A stretch of 59,764 nt of DNA, counting the filler, from Dirinaria sp. TL-2023a (taxonomy: Eukaryota): the NCBI GenBank assembly GCA_051941275.1. It is 5 parts of 5 records of this genome, joined end to end, with 100 filler letters (N's around TTAATTAATTAA, not from the genome) between each part and the next. Parts side by side here need not be neighbours in the genome. Positions count along the whole stretch, not along the records: positions 35,960 to 47,813 come from JAVEBF010000809.1; positions 47,914 to 59,764 come from JAVEBF010000810.1; 3 more parts are not named here. One strand, 5' to 3'. The notes below the pieces were generated by a model that worked only from the letters and a program-made list of their open reading frames with translations, was not told the DNA's origin and did no database searches. The translations under genes and the position numbers were made by a program. Shown here in pieces: positions 36,593 through 49,299 of the stretch; within the stretch, counting starts at the first letter, position 1; the number at the start of each line of letters is the position of its first letter.

Positions 36593-39500
36593 ATGTCGTG
36601 GGCCGACTCCTCTCCAGGTATGCAGGCCGGTAAGCTGCCAATCAATGGGCATGACTTAGAAAGGCATGCGCCGCAAGTCCCCCAGCCGCCTGAGGAGAGG
36701 AAGAAGGTTGTTGTCGTGGGACTGGGGATGGTGGGCATCGCTTTTATGTGAGGAAGCTCCCCGATATCCTTGATTTGACCAGCGTGGAAACAGCAGAGAC
36801 TGATGGTCATGGCGGGCAGTGAGAAGTTAATCAAGATGGACGAAAAGCGGCGAGAATATGACATCGTCGTCATCGGCGAAGAACCGCATCTGGCCTACAA
36901 TCGCGTGGGGTTAACGAGCTTCTTTCAGCACCGAAAAGCCGAAAACCTATACTTGAATCCTCAGGACTGGGTGGGCATGCTTTACGCATCTTGAATATCG
37001 GGGAAACTATGCAGTGTACTGATACCTCGGGTCGACTTAGTATTCCGGCAGGCCCGAAGGTGCCTTGAATTACCACCTCAACACCATCGTGACTGAAATC
37101 CATCCTTCTCAAAAGGTGGTCTCGACTTCGAGAGGCGATACGGTTCCCTATGACTATCTAGTCCTTGCGACGGGCTCTGATGCTCTACTTCCACGGCATA
37201 CCCCCGGTCATGACGCAAAAGGCGTCTTCGTGTACCGTACGATTGATGATTTGGAAAGATTGATTGAATATGCAGAGACCTGCAAGGGTAGCACCGGAGC
37301 TGTAGTAGGGGGCGGTCTTTTGGGACTAGAAGCAGCGAAAGCCATGATGGACCTTGAGACGTTTAGCAAAGTCAAACTCATTGAGCGTAATCGTTGGGTA
37401 CTTAGCCGTCAACTTGATGGCGATGCAGGTGGAATGGTGGTAGATCTTGTGTCAAAACTTGGCTTGGATGTTCTGTTGAGTAAACGTGTGGGCAAAATCG
37501 AAGTCGATGCGGATAACACTGTTAAGGGCGTCGTCTTTGAAGACGGTGAACGGATGGATTGCCGTTGCTTAATGTTTGGTATCGGTATCAGGGCGCGAGA
37601 TGAGCTTGCTCGAAGAGCGGGGATCAAATGTGCCGATCGGGGAGGCGGCATCGTTGTGGATCCCAGTCTCATGACCAGTGAAAAAGACATCTTTGCGATT
37701 GGAGAATGTGCAAGTTGGGATAATCAGACTTTTGGACTCATCGCTCCAGGCATCGAGATGGCAGAAATCCTCTCTTTCAATTTGACTCAGGCGAAGTCTC
37801 ACGCTCCTAGGAAATTCAAAAGGCCCGACCTTAGCACGAAGTTGAAGCTCCTTGGCGTAGAAGTCGCAAGCTTTGGCGACTTCTTCGCTGATAGAGACGG
37901 GCCAAAGAACCTGCCCGTCAGAAGGCATGATGCGAAGAAAGGGACACAAGAAGGGGCCCATGATATAGTCAAAAGCATCACTGACGGTCCGCCACCACCC
38001 CCTGTCAAGGCCTTGACCTACAAAGATCCGTTTTCGTCCGTTTACAAGAAGTACCTCTTCACTCTGGATGGAAAGTATCTGCTAGGCGGCATGATGATCG
38101 GCGACACAAGAGACTATGTCAAGTTGGTTCCAATGGTAAAAAATCAGAAGGTCCTCGAAGTGCCCCCGAGTGAGTTCATCATTGGAGCCAGCAAGGGAGG
38201 TGATGATGATGCCAGCGACTTGACCAACGACACGCAAATATGTTCTTGTCATAACGTGACAAAGGGAGATGTTGCAAAGGTGGTCAAGGACGGCACATGC
38301 AAGAGCATTGGGGAAGTCAAATCCTGTACAAAAGCTGGCACCGGCTGTGGCGGATGTATGCCACTGGTGCAGAACATATTTAACGCGGAGATGAAGGCTA
38401 TGGGAGCCGAAGTCTTGAATCACTTGTGCCCGCACTTTGAATACTCCAGGGCCGATCTATTTCACATTATATACGTCAAGAAGTTGAGGACGTTCTCCGA
38501 TGTCATGAAAGAATGTGGGAAGGAACCGGAATCGTTGGGATGCGAAGTATGCAAGCCTGCATTAGCCTCGATTCTTGCTTCGCTGTATAATCAGCATATC
38601 CTCGATAAACCGCTCCACGGGCTCCAAGATACCAACGATAAATTTTTGGCCAATATCCAGAGGAATGGCACATTCTCGGTCATCCCAAGGGTAGCAGCGG
38701 GCGAGATCACAGCGGACAAACTTATTGTCATAGGCACTGTAGCCAAGAAATACGGTCTCTATACTAAGATCACTGGGGGTCAGCGTATTGACATGTTCGG
38801 CGCTAAAAAGCAAGATTTGATCAACATCTGGACGGAGCTAGTAAATGGCGGTCTTGAGTCAGGCCATGCCTACGCTAAATCACTTCGAACTGTAAAATCT
38901 TGCGTTGGCACTACCTGGTGCCGCTTCGGAATCGGCGACAGTGTAGGCATGGCAGTTAGGCTGGAAGAGCGATACAAGAGCATACGTTCACCCCACAAAC
39001 TTAAAGGAGGGGTCTCTGGCTGCGTCAGGGAATGCGCCGAAGCCCAGAACAAAGATTTTGGATTGATAGCCACGGAGAAGGGCTTTAACGTTTTCGTTGG
39101 TGGAAATGGAGGTGCAAAGCCTCGTCATTCGGAGCTGCTTGCTAAGGACGTACCGCCTGACGATGTTATTTCGATACTGGATCGCTACCTCATGTTTTAC
39201 ATGCGTACGGCGGACAAACTTCAGCGCACAGCTCGGTGGATAGAGCAACTGCCTGGCGGAATCCAATACCTTCGAGAAGTTGTGCTTGAAGACAAACTCG
39301 GCATCTGCGACGAGCTCGAAAAACAGATGGGTGAGCTCGTCGGAACATTTTTTTGCGAGTGGACGGAGGTCATCAAGAACCCAGAACGCCAGAAAGTGTT
39401 CCAACAATTTGGCAACACAAAAGACACGCAGGAGACGGTTGAGGAAATTGGTGAACGCGGCCAATCTAGGCCTGCGAACTGGCCTACTGAGTCGGCCACA

Positions 39501-40094
39501 GAAGATTTCCGTGGAGCCAAGTGGAGCTCTCTTTCGTGGCAGCCGATCATCGAAGCATCGCAATTCATCGACACCCCAGCTGGCAGTAGTGTCAACATCA
39601 AACGAGGTGATACGCAATTAGCCGTCTTCAAGATCAAAGGCAAATGGTACGCAATGCAGCAGATGTGCCCACACAAGCGAACGTTCGCAATGAGCGAAGG
39701 CCTAATCGGTGACGACGTCAAGTCCGACAAGTTATGGGTATCTTGCCCTTTCCACAAGCGTAATTTCACGCTGAATGGCGCCGACGCTGGCGCCTGCAGT
39801 AACGACCCGGAACTCAGCGCTGCAACATTCCCGGTGGAAGCACGGGACGACGGTTGGGTATACCTGAAGCTACCGCCTGTAGAGGAACTCGATGCCAAAT
39901 TGGGGACGTCGAAGTGGAAAGTCAAGAAAGGCGAAGGCAAAGACCCCGGGTTTGCGCGGCTCGACGAGAAACTGAAGGGCCTCCGAGGGCGCAAGCCTTG
40001 TGAGGACAGCCATCTGGCAGAAGGAGACGGAGCAAAGGTAGCGGCTAGGAAAATCATTAGCAAGCATGGCGGGGAAGGAGGCATAGACTGGTAA
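36593..40094 (+). CDS. niiA: Assimilatory NAD(P)H nitrite reductase (siroheme, C-terminal Rieske-like domain); 2 introns
   Basis: [44 protein letters not shown]...[51 protein letters not shown]...CPFHKRNF. Confidence 0.97.
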
Positions 40095-40473
40095 TTTTAA
40101 GCATTGGCATTGACAGGCGCCAGAAGACACCATGTGCGTCTTTGTATATTAGATTGGTATTCATTAGTACATATCCGAGCACAGTCAGTGTTCCTTGAGC
40201 TGAAAAGATGAGTCGAACGGGCGACAGGAACGGATCGATTTATATTCCACGTGATTCATGCAATCTTCACATACCACCACAGATACGAGTGTGACGTGGC
40301 ATCAGTCAGGTAACAAGGAAGTATCATAATGTACCTTACCTGGAGGTAGTACATAAAAGTATCGTAACTATCTTACCTATAGTACAGTAGGTCCTCGTAC
40401 CTGAGGTAAGGAGGTAAAGTAGGATTAACTTAGCCAAGGCCACGATGACGGTAGCTGATAGGGCTGAAGTAGG

Positions 40474-40520
40474 TTCGCGAAATTTCCACCTTTCATGATC
40501 GATTCCTGAAGGCTCTAGAA
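40474..40520. promoter_or_regulatory. Heat-shock elements upstream of hsp88
   Basis: Perfect TTCgcGAAatTTC at 40474-40486 and TTCctGAAggCTCtaGAA at 40503-40520, about 300 bp before the ATG. Confidence 0.75.
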
Positions 40521-40782
40521 GGTACCTCTTACTTTACAGGCTACCTCACCCTACAGGCTGCTTTACACGTACTTTACACACAAACACAACAACAACAACT
40601 CTTCTGTTCCGCGATCACATTGCTTGCTTTATCCTTTAGCAATTCTCACTGACTTCTTCCGTATTCGGCTTCGTACACCCCGTCATCACCACCCCGAGTT
40701 TTTCACTGTGCGCCAGCATTCTACTCACTGACCAAATCCCCATTCGTGACCCTCCTCTCACGAGGTCGGAGCTTCGGTCACC

Positions 40783-43318
40783 ATGAGCGTCGTCGGCGTG
40801 GACTTCGGTACTCTCAACACAGTCATTGCTGTTGCTCGAAACCGAGGTGTCGATGTAGTAAGTCAAGCTCCAAATCGAATGTCCCAAGCCTTTTAACTGA
40901 ATACCATATAGATTACCAATGAAGTGTCTAATCGAGCTACACCGTATGTAGCAAGCCTCTGTTGTCTCTGCTTTTGGTCGCTAATGGGAGCAGATCGTTA
41001 GTTGGCTTCGGACCCAAAAGTCGATACCTTGGAGAATCGGCGAAAACCCAGGAAATCTCTAATCTCAAGAACACAGTCGGGTCCCTCAAACGCTTAGCAG
41101 GTCGGTCGCTCAACGACCCAGATGTCCAAATAGAAAAGGATTATGTCTCCGCACCACTGGTCGATGTCAAGGGCCAGGTGGGCGCGGAGGTTACATACAT
41201 GGGCAACAAAGAGACGTTCACCGCCACACAGCTAGTGTCAATGTTTTTAAATAAGGTCAAATCGACTGCATCCGCGGAGCTGAAGCTGCCCGTTTCCGAC
41301 ATTGTCATCAGCGTTCCACCATGGTTTACAGACCACCAGAGGAGAAGTCTGATGGATGCGGCAGAGATCGCAGGCTTGAAGCTCCTGCGGCTCATCAACG
41401 ATACGACCGCGACCGCTCTAGGCTATGGGATCACGAAGCTCGACCTACCCACAGCTGAGGAAAAACCACGGCGGGTCGCGTTCGTCGACGTCGGGCATAG
41501 CAATTATACATGCTCCGTCGTCGAATTCAAGAAGGGAGAGCTGGCGGTCAAATCTACAGCGTACGATAGGCATTTTGGCGGAAGGAACTTCGATAAAGCG
41601 CTTGTGGACCATTTCGCGAAAGAGTTCAAGGAAAAATACAAGATCGATATCTACAGCAATCCGAAGGCGATAGTTCGCGTAGCTACGGCGGCCGAAAAGA
41701 TGAAGAAAATATTGTCGGCCAATGCTCAAGCGCCAATCAGCATAGAGTCTCTGATGAACGATGTCGACGTGTCTGGAATGATGAAGCGGGACGAGCTAGA
41801 AGAGCTTGTGAAGCCTCTTCTTGATCGCGCAACAGTGCCGCTTGAGCAAGCCTTGGCCGATGCCAAACTGAAACCTGAAGACATTGATGCTGTGGAAATG
41901 GTAGGTGGCTGCACTCGTGTCCCATCGCTGAAGGAGAGGATCAGCAAGTTCTTTGGCAAACCATTATCATATACTCTGAATCAAGATGAGGCTGTGGCAC
42001 GGGGTTGTGCCTTCAGCTGCGCTATCCTATCCCCTGTATTCCGAGTCCGAGACTTCTCCATCCACGACATTGTCAACTACCCCATCGAGTTCAATTGGGA
42101 ACAATCACCCGATATTCCAGATGAGGACACAAGCCTGACTGTTTTCAACAAAGGAAACGTCATGCCATCAACTAAGATCCTTACCTTCTACCGCAAGCAG
42201 CCGTTTGACCTCGAGGCCAAGTACGCAAAGCCAGAAACGCTTCCAGGAAAGATGAACCCTTGGATAGGTCGCTTTTCTGTGAAAGGTGTAAAGGCTGACT
42301 CAAAGGACGACTTCATGATCTGCAAGCTGAAGGCGCGTCTAAATCTTCACGGCATCTTGAATGTCGAATCAGGCTACTATGTGGAAGATATTGAGGTCGA
42401 AGAGCCTGTACCGGAAGAAAAGGAAGCCGACAAGAAAGAGGCTGAGAAGAAGGATGCCGAGAAGAAGGAAGGTAAAGAGGGTGCCGTAAGTTACTCCACC
42501 ACTCATAGTGCATTATATTCAAGGCTTGGCGAGATGTGTGATCAGATCTTGCAATCAATGGTTGATGCACAAAGCAGTGTTTTGCTGACAGGAGATTAAG
42601 CAGGCCATGGATACGGATACGCCGAACGGTACAACAGAACCAAAGCCAAAGACCCGGAAAATAAAGAAGCAAGTCCGAAAAGGCGATCTACCACTATCTT
42701 CGGGTACTGCTTCACTGGACCAGGCCAGCAAGGATGCAGCGGCCGAAAAGGAAAATTCAATGTTCATGGAAGACAAACTTGTTGCCGATACGGAGGATAA
42801 GAAGAACGAGCTTGAGACCTACATCTACGATTTGAGAGCCAAAATCGATGACCAGTACGCAGAATTTGCAAATGACGATGAGAAGGCGAAGCTAAAGGAG
42901 AAGCTCGAGCAGAGCGAGGTATACCTATCCTCCTCCATTGGGACCGAATGATCGCTAACCAATGACAAAGGACTGGCTCTACGATGAAGGTGAGGATGCC
43001 ACACGGGGAGTGTACGTATCCAAGATGGACGAGATTCGCTTCGTCGCTGGTCCTATTGTCGGACGATATATGGACAAGATCGAGGAAGAGCGGCAGGCGG
43101 TTTTGAAAGCCGAAGAAGAAAAAGCGGCCAAGAAACGCGCCGAGATCGAAGCCAAGAAAAAGGCCGAAGAGGAAGCGAAGAAGGCGGCGGAGCCCAAGAA
43201 AGCGGAAGGAGCACCAACCGCCAACGGTGCCAGCAATGCCGAAGACACGGAGATGAAAGACGCCGACGTAATCAAGCCCGATGGGGTCGAGGAGCCGATG
43301 GAGGATGCGAAGAAATAG
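40783..43318 (+). CDS. SSE1: Hsp110-family chaperone Hsp88/Sse1; 4 introns
   Basis: MSVVGVDFGTLNTVIAVARNRGVDV|ITNEVSNRATP, LRLINDTTATALGYGITKLDLP, TLNQDEAVARGCAFSCAILSPVFRVRDF, EDKLVADTEDKKNELE, DWLYDEGED. Confidence 0.97.
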
Positions 43319-44660
43319 ACTTAACTTGACGCTTTTTTGGGGGGAGGTGAAGCCACAAACAGGTAGTAGCGTGCATACATTTTGGGCGTTTTATAGCCCT
43401 TTCCACCACCACCAATCCACTCGCCCGCTGCCTGGGGGTTGCTTTTCTTCTCAGCTACCTACTTGCTCCAGCATCCCTTTTCTCGATGATAGACATGATA
43501 GACATATGCAAGTTTCTTGAGCGTCGTCTTTGTCTGGCTTCTCCGGATAATTGATGTTTCGTCCCTGACTCCATTGACAGTGGTTTGTCATTGACACCAT
43601 CCTCTTGCCTCACTGACAGAATGTCGGCCCTGTCAGGGCACAGACTTGGCAGTGATGAACGTTGAACAAACTTCCCCCCCCCCAAAACCAAACCTCTTTT
43701 GGGGAACACTTTCACCCTGTCTGATATTAGATCGTAAATCTTCTGAATAGGAACTTCTCTCCTAGAGCTCAACGAAAGGTTCACTTGCTTTAGTCTTCTG
43801 ATTCACGCTATATACGCCGACACCCATTCCGTGTCTTAGCTGGTGTTTGGTGCTAAGGTATGGGGCATCCAACGATAAAAAAAAGGATATAGTGCTCGAT
43901 GCGAATGTGTGGTATTGTTCCTTGTGTGTAGACATTTACGGAGGTACAGTGCTCAATATCAATTTACTTTAGTTATATGTGTCTTAAGTACATGGTTGGC
44001 TTGGCGATACTTGATTCAAAGTCCAAGTGGAGATTATTACACGAAAAGAGGAATCGATGGAGCTGCTTTTGCTCACCGAGCTCGATTGACAATGTCAGAT
44101 GTGAGATGGGAAATAGTTGGTCTGACAGGGCTCAACGGGATCTCCCGATGAGTGCCTTCACAAATTTTTCTCCTGGGATTCAAGAGACTTTGCTGGCTTC
44201 AGTGTAAGAAGGTCCGTGTGTGTAAGGTGGCGAGTGGAGGATGAGGGGTTGGCCTTGCGCTGCATGCACGAAGTATACTAGGCAGTTCCGAGGCTGATGC
44301 CTATTCGGGCGAGTACATTATCTCTACTTGCATTAGATATCAGGTGGCAGACATGATTGGAGAGATGTAACCAGCAAGGCATTTCTGACACCCCATCTCC
44401 CTCTTGATACTTTGCATTGGCGACCACTGACTGCCTAAATTTGGTACTCGAATCCGGTTTCTAATCAAAGTCTGGTGCGCCTTGTGGCGCAGCTACACCA
44501 TAAAGCTTAAGGAAGCCCTGTGATGTTATAAGTTGAAACGATGGCCACCTACGTGCATGATATGTATCTTTCCATGCCCCGCAGGCGGTCTATGACATCG
44601 CTTCCCTGGCCAACCAAGGTTATATAAAACCACCCTTTAGGTTCTTGCGACTCCGAGACC

Positions 44661-46747
44661 ATGAATTGCACAGTCTCTAATCAACCAGTGCAAGCCGACC
44701 CAGACGTTGCCGGGATAGGAGTGTGTATAAGAACCACTTATTACCATACGAACATTTGGAAGTATTGACCACGTGGCTAGGTACTTATAGCCTTCGTTCT
44801 CAGCGTGTCTCTGGTAATCGGTACCGTTATAGTTGGATATCTCTATGAAAGTCTTTCTGAAACAAGTTTTACGTCGCTGGATCATTTCATCCTAGAACGC
44901 TTGCCACGCATGCAATATAACCCATTTGATAGGATATACGCGGGTCTCAGAACGGTTGGTTCAAGCCTCCAGACCGCTGCTCCCCGAGTCTTTGGATCCC
45001 GGCATTCTCATTCGCCACCTGAACCAGCCTCTTGCCCCAGTGAAGCCAAAGAACAGCGGCGCGAGCGTGTGGAGCGTTTTGTGCTTGCACTTAGCGACCA
45101 GCAGCTCGTCACGGGGCTCGCTATCATGATTGCCGGCTATGCAAGAAGGTACTCAATGTCAGTCTATCACTTCAACATTGTCTCTTCGTTGGCATGGTTC
45201 TCTTCTGCCACTCACCTTGCAACTCTTGGGACGCTGCGCGAATATTTCATTCAACGGCCCTCCGTGCGAAACTGGAGAATCACCGGAATGATCTTGCTTC
45301 TCGGCTTGCTTTTATACGCCCAAATTGTCCAGTTTTCGAGTCAAGATAATTCGGTTCCAGTTCAGTGTGTGTTTGCCTCTCCATCGCTGTACGTGGATTA
45401 CATGGACATGATCCTTCTGGCGGCAACTTTTAGCATTTTATTGATTATATATATGGAAAGAATGATGCCCCTTTTCTCCGATGACCCGGACTGGGCATTA
45501 TCTTTTTGGCTTGCAGAGACGTGTATTCAATGTCTTGTAAGAATAGGATACCTAGAGCCGGTAGACGCCCTGGAAGAGCCTAAGACCCCGCTCAACCTTA
45601 TTGAAAGAGGCAAGAGATTCAGAAGAGAAGGTGAGAAGAAACGTTTTCAAGAACATAAGGAGTTCATGAGGATAAACCGCAACAATCGCTTCCGTTCACA
45701 TATCTCTGCCTTTGTATTCATGACTGTAGAGTCGAGAAGAAGTTTCGTGGGCCAAATCACCACCCTTCTAACGACTTTCGTATACGGTATAGCTCAGATG
45801 TTCGTTCTTAGGAGTTCTATGCCGTTTCAAGGAATATCGGGTAGCCAGAATACAATGACATTTGGCCAAATGTTGCCGCTTCTACTGCTGCTGCTGCCGT
45901 GTTTGACGATCCTTGAATTATATGCCGGTGAGTGATGCGAAGGCTTACGTCCAAATGCCTAGAGCGACGATCTGGCTGACCATAGCACGTAGAGAGACCT
46001 AGCCTCCAGCGTGTTCGCAGAACAGAGAACATGGCTACTAATGGGCTGGATTTCGCCAGTAGTCCCGTCGCTGACAAGGAAGTGGACAGCGTCTTATCAT
46101 CCGATGCAGCCACTAATCAATATATTCCCCACGAGCCTGACCTAGAGAGTCTATTACGATCTGTGAATGCTCATGAAGATACGCATGGAGTAGACAAGCC
46201 CATGCCTCCACAAAATTCTCTTGAGGTAAAATCAATCTCAGCCCCTGGTCGCATTGATACAGGTACTGCTTTAAGGGAGGCACAAGGTTATCAGAGCCAA
46301 CGACCGAAAGCGGAAGAGGGCGTAGCTATTGAGAGCAGTCACCGGCATGACGCAGGCGACAAGCCGTTATCGGACGATCAGGGCTCATGCTCTCAAGCAT
46401 CTGGTTCAAGGCCTGATACCCGCCATGAAATCCCGTTTAAAGAATCTACTACACCTACTAGTCTGGCCAAAGCGACAAATCCACCTCGAGCCCCTCGATT
46501 TCGAATTGGATACGGAAAACTGCTCATCATTTCTCTAGTAAGCCAACTCGGCATCGAAATTTTTTTAACTTTATGTGCGAATGAGATTGTGGGTTGGTAT
46601 GGCTGGGTGGTGGCATGTGCGTTTGTTACGGTCGGCTTTTTCTTTACTCTGTTGAGCATAGTGTTCACAATAGTGAGCGATGTGAAGAAACCGAAATCAG
46701 CACCGATAAAGGGATTCCTCTTTCCACTATTCCGGGCAGACTACTGA
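44661..46747 (+). CDS. Fungal multi-pass membrane protein of unknown function; introns 44721-44780 and 45928-45992
   Basis: Short first exon MNCTVSNQPVQADPDVAGIG, then LSDQQLVTGLAIMIAG, YHFNIVSSLAWFSSATHLATL, QNTMTFGQMLPLLLLLLP; both introns join the ORFs in frame. Confidence 0.82.
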
Positions 46748-47813
46748 GGGTACTATTGCCAGAGATTGCTAGGTGCTGAACATGGTGCTTTCTGTGCTTT
46801 GTGGCTTGGAGCGCCCAGGAGAAACATTACGCTGGTCCAGGCTTTGAATTGGGGTCAATGCATTGTTGCTTGCTCAGCATAGAATGGAATATGACTCTAG
46901 AGCTCCTCCGGTAAGTAGAATTCAGGAGAGCAAAAGAAGAAATCGAAGGCCAGACTTGCGGAGAATCTTTATCAGCGGATTAGTACAGGATATTATTTTT
47001 TCTCTCTCTTTAGCTCTGCTAGCCATGGGAAACGAGCAGGCGGCGTCAGTCCAAGGTGCAATGCCACTTGCAGCTTTACATAGAGACTTTAGTGCTCGTC
47101 AGACGTCTTGTGCTCTTCGCAACCCTTACAATGTAGGCCATAACTTAAGGCGCTCCCAGTCAGTTCTTTTTCCTAGCAACTGGTGCCATCTACCAATGCA
47201 ATGATGAGTTCCGAGCAGCTACTCTGAGCGCCAATACCATCATCCTCTCCGTATTATCTGAATCCATAGACGGGATATGTCGATAATCTATATCAACATC
47301 TCTGCGGCGGATGACTGTGAGTGTGTTATCTACATGGTATCGACAGTGCGTACGGGAGATGTAGTGACAGCAATGTCAGAACGCAGACTCCTAGTATTTA
47401 GCAAGGGAGGCCGGCGCACATCGGAGTGCGATAAAGTATAAGTCCGTGGGAGTCTGACCGAAGAATGCTCGATGCTCTTCATGGGAGACGGGAAACGAAG
47501 ACACGGCGTAGAGTTTCCATGGTACAGTGTTTCTACCGGTCTTCGGGATACTGATTTTGCTGCTCATGGGCTTGACAAAGATAGATATACATCTCTGCGG
47601 TGCTCATGACAGGTCATGTACGGTACGAGTACCTGAATTATGCCCCTCATTTAAATGCAAAGCTGCGAAGCGTCAAATGGGGGAATTTGGGGGTCGAGGC
47701 GGTGGGTATCCGAGGTATCATAATTGGTACTGGGAGTAGTAGTGCGGGGACGTCTGGGCTTCCTTAAGGTACCTTAGTCATGAAAGTGAGAGGCTTCTGG
47801 CTCGGTTGGGTAG

Positions 47814-47913
47814 NNNNNNNNNNNNNNNNNNNNNNNNNNNNNNNNNNNNNNNNNNNNTTAATTAATTAANNNNNNNNNNNNNNNNNNNNNNNNNNNNNNN
47901 NNNNNNNNNNNNN
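47814..47913. other. Artificial contig spacer
   Basis: N44-TTAATTAATTAA-N44. Confidence 0.97.
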
Positions 47914-48060
47914 GGGTGTGCGTTTTGGCGGAAGCGGGTGAAGAGGGAGAAGGAGGAGAGGGCGGAGGGGAGGAGGGGGACCGGGTGTTGGAAGTCATGA
48001 TTGATGGTGGTTAGTGTGTAGTGTGTGAGGATTGCGGTTTTTCTTTTTTTTTGGAATGTT

Positions 48061-48147
48061 GGTTGATATGGTTGGTACTTTGATGGTTGATATGGTGGGT
48101 ACTTTGATGGTTGATACGGTTGGTATTTGATATGGTTGGCATTTGAT
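48061..48147. repeat. Imperfect 24-bp tandem repeat, about 3.5 copies
   Basis: GGTTGATATGGTTGGTACTTTGAT, GGTTGATATGGTGGGTACTTTGAT, GGTTGATACGGTTGGTATTTGAT and a partial copy. Confidence 0.85.
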
Positions 48148-48453
48148 TCGTGGGCTGTTTGAGTTGGAGGTTGGGATTTGGCGTAGGGAGAGAGAGAGGG
48201 AGAGAGAGGTATTTGTAGGTGGAGGTGGAGATGGTGATCTTTGACTCATCGCTCTTTCTATCATGCCGCTGCGAGTCATGTACGTAGTAGCCACGTCTGC
48301 GGAATTGCTCTGTTCGTGTGACTGTGGTGTGGAAGAGATAGGGGCCCCGATCTGAGTGCTTCGGCTATGTATGAGCAATACTCAATGGTGTAATTTGGTC
48401 AGTACCATGTGCCTTAGAAAATTGTTTTCTGTTTGCGACTCGGGTCATCGCTT

Positions 48454-49299
48454 TCACACTATGCGGATGAGCGCGCCGAGTCCCACGGTCCATACAAGTG
48501 TCCATAGCGAGACAGGGGAGCTCGAAGATGAGGAAGTGATATCAAAGGGGGTGCCACCGCTACTGCCGGAATTTCCATTTCGATCATCTTGATCTTTGTG
48601 ATTGGTACTCTTGGGTTTTGCACTCGAGGATGTAGAGGTGGTATGAGCGCCTGTTGCACTGGCCACTGCAACGCTTGACCTCAGCCCAGCCAGGCCAGAC
48701 TGGGTCAGTGTCGAGGCTGAGTCAATGGTCGGGCGCACAGCAGCAGGCGTGTTTAAGACTGTGGACTTCAGGAGAGAGGTCGTAAGGCTGGTCACTGATG
48801 TGGTTGTCTGTGCAGCCTGCTTCGTGGTGCTTACTCCAGCTTTCGTACTTTGTGTCGTTTGGATCGGAGTCGCTCTCGAGGTTTGTATCGCTGTTGTAGT
48901 CGGTGGCGTCTGTCCACCGCCACTGCTGCTGGCACTGCTTCCACCGCTAGAGCTCGACGATCCTCCCGAGACCTGGGCGTTGGGACAAAGAGCTGCGACG
49001 CCGGCATCCTTGAAAAACAAGCCGATCAATGTGTTTGGATAGGCTTTGGTCCCCTTACACTCGGTGTTGATCAGCGCTGACACCTCCTCTAATAATGCGA
49101 CGCAATCTAGTGAGCAAGTCCTGCCTTTCTCGAAATCGGACTCGGTGCATTTCGTGAGAGGCGTGTCATAGGCGTTCGAGCAGGCAGTCGAGAATCCGGA
49201 TATCTGCTGGATTGAGGAAAGAGTCATGAATGACGCGGTAACGTGAAGGAATCGTGACGATAAAGCTGCACAGAACAGCGTCGCTATGGAACGCCGCAT
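48454..49299 (-). CDS. Secreted Ser/Thr-rich, probably GPI-anchored surface protein with an N-terminal 6-Cys domain
   Basis: Signal peptide, Cys domain (CSNAY...CTESDF...TCSLDC...C...ALCP), long S/T tract, GGTPFD then hydrophobic C-terminal tail LWTLVWTVGLGALIRIV. Confidence 0.87.
   Translation of the reverse strand: MRRSIATLFCAALSSRFLHVTASFMTLSSIQQISGFSTACSNAYDTPLTKCTESDFEKGRTCSLDCVALLEEVSALINTECKGTKAYPNTLIGLFFKDAGVAALCPNAQVSGGSSSSSGGSSASSSGGGQTPPTTTAIQTSRATPIQTTQSTKAGVSTTKQAAQTTTSVTSLTTSLLKSTVLNTPAAVRPTIDSASTLTQSGLAGLRSSVAVASATGAHTTSTSSSAKPKSTNHKDQDDRNGNSGSSGGTPFDITSSSSSSPVSLWTLVWTVGLGALIRIV

Noticed and set aside
39221..40084. 287-aa antisense ORF (and 38988-39617) inside niiA
   Set aside because: Shadow of a codon-biased coding strand; Ser-rich with no motif.
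47995..48378. 127-aa ORF with repeated IKVPTIST
   Set aside because: Produced by the 24-bp tandem repeat and low-complexity sequence downstream of the GPI-protein gene.
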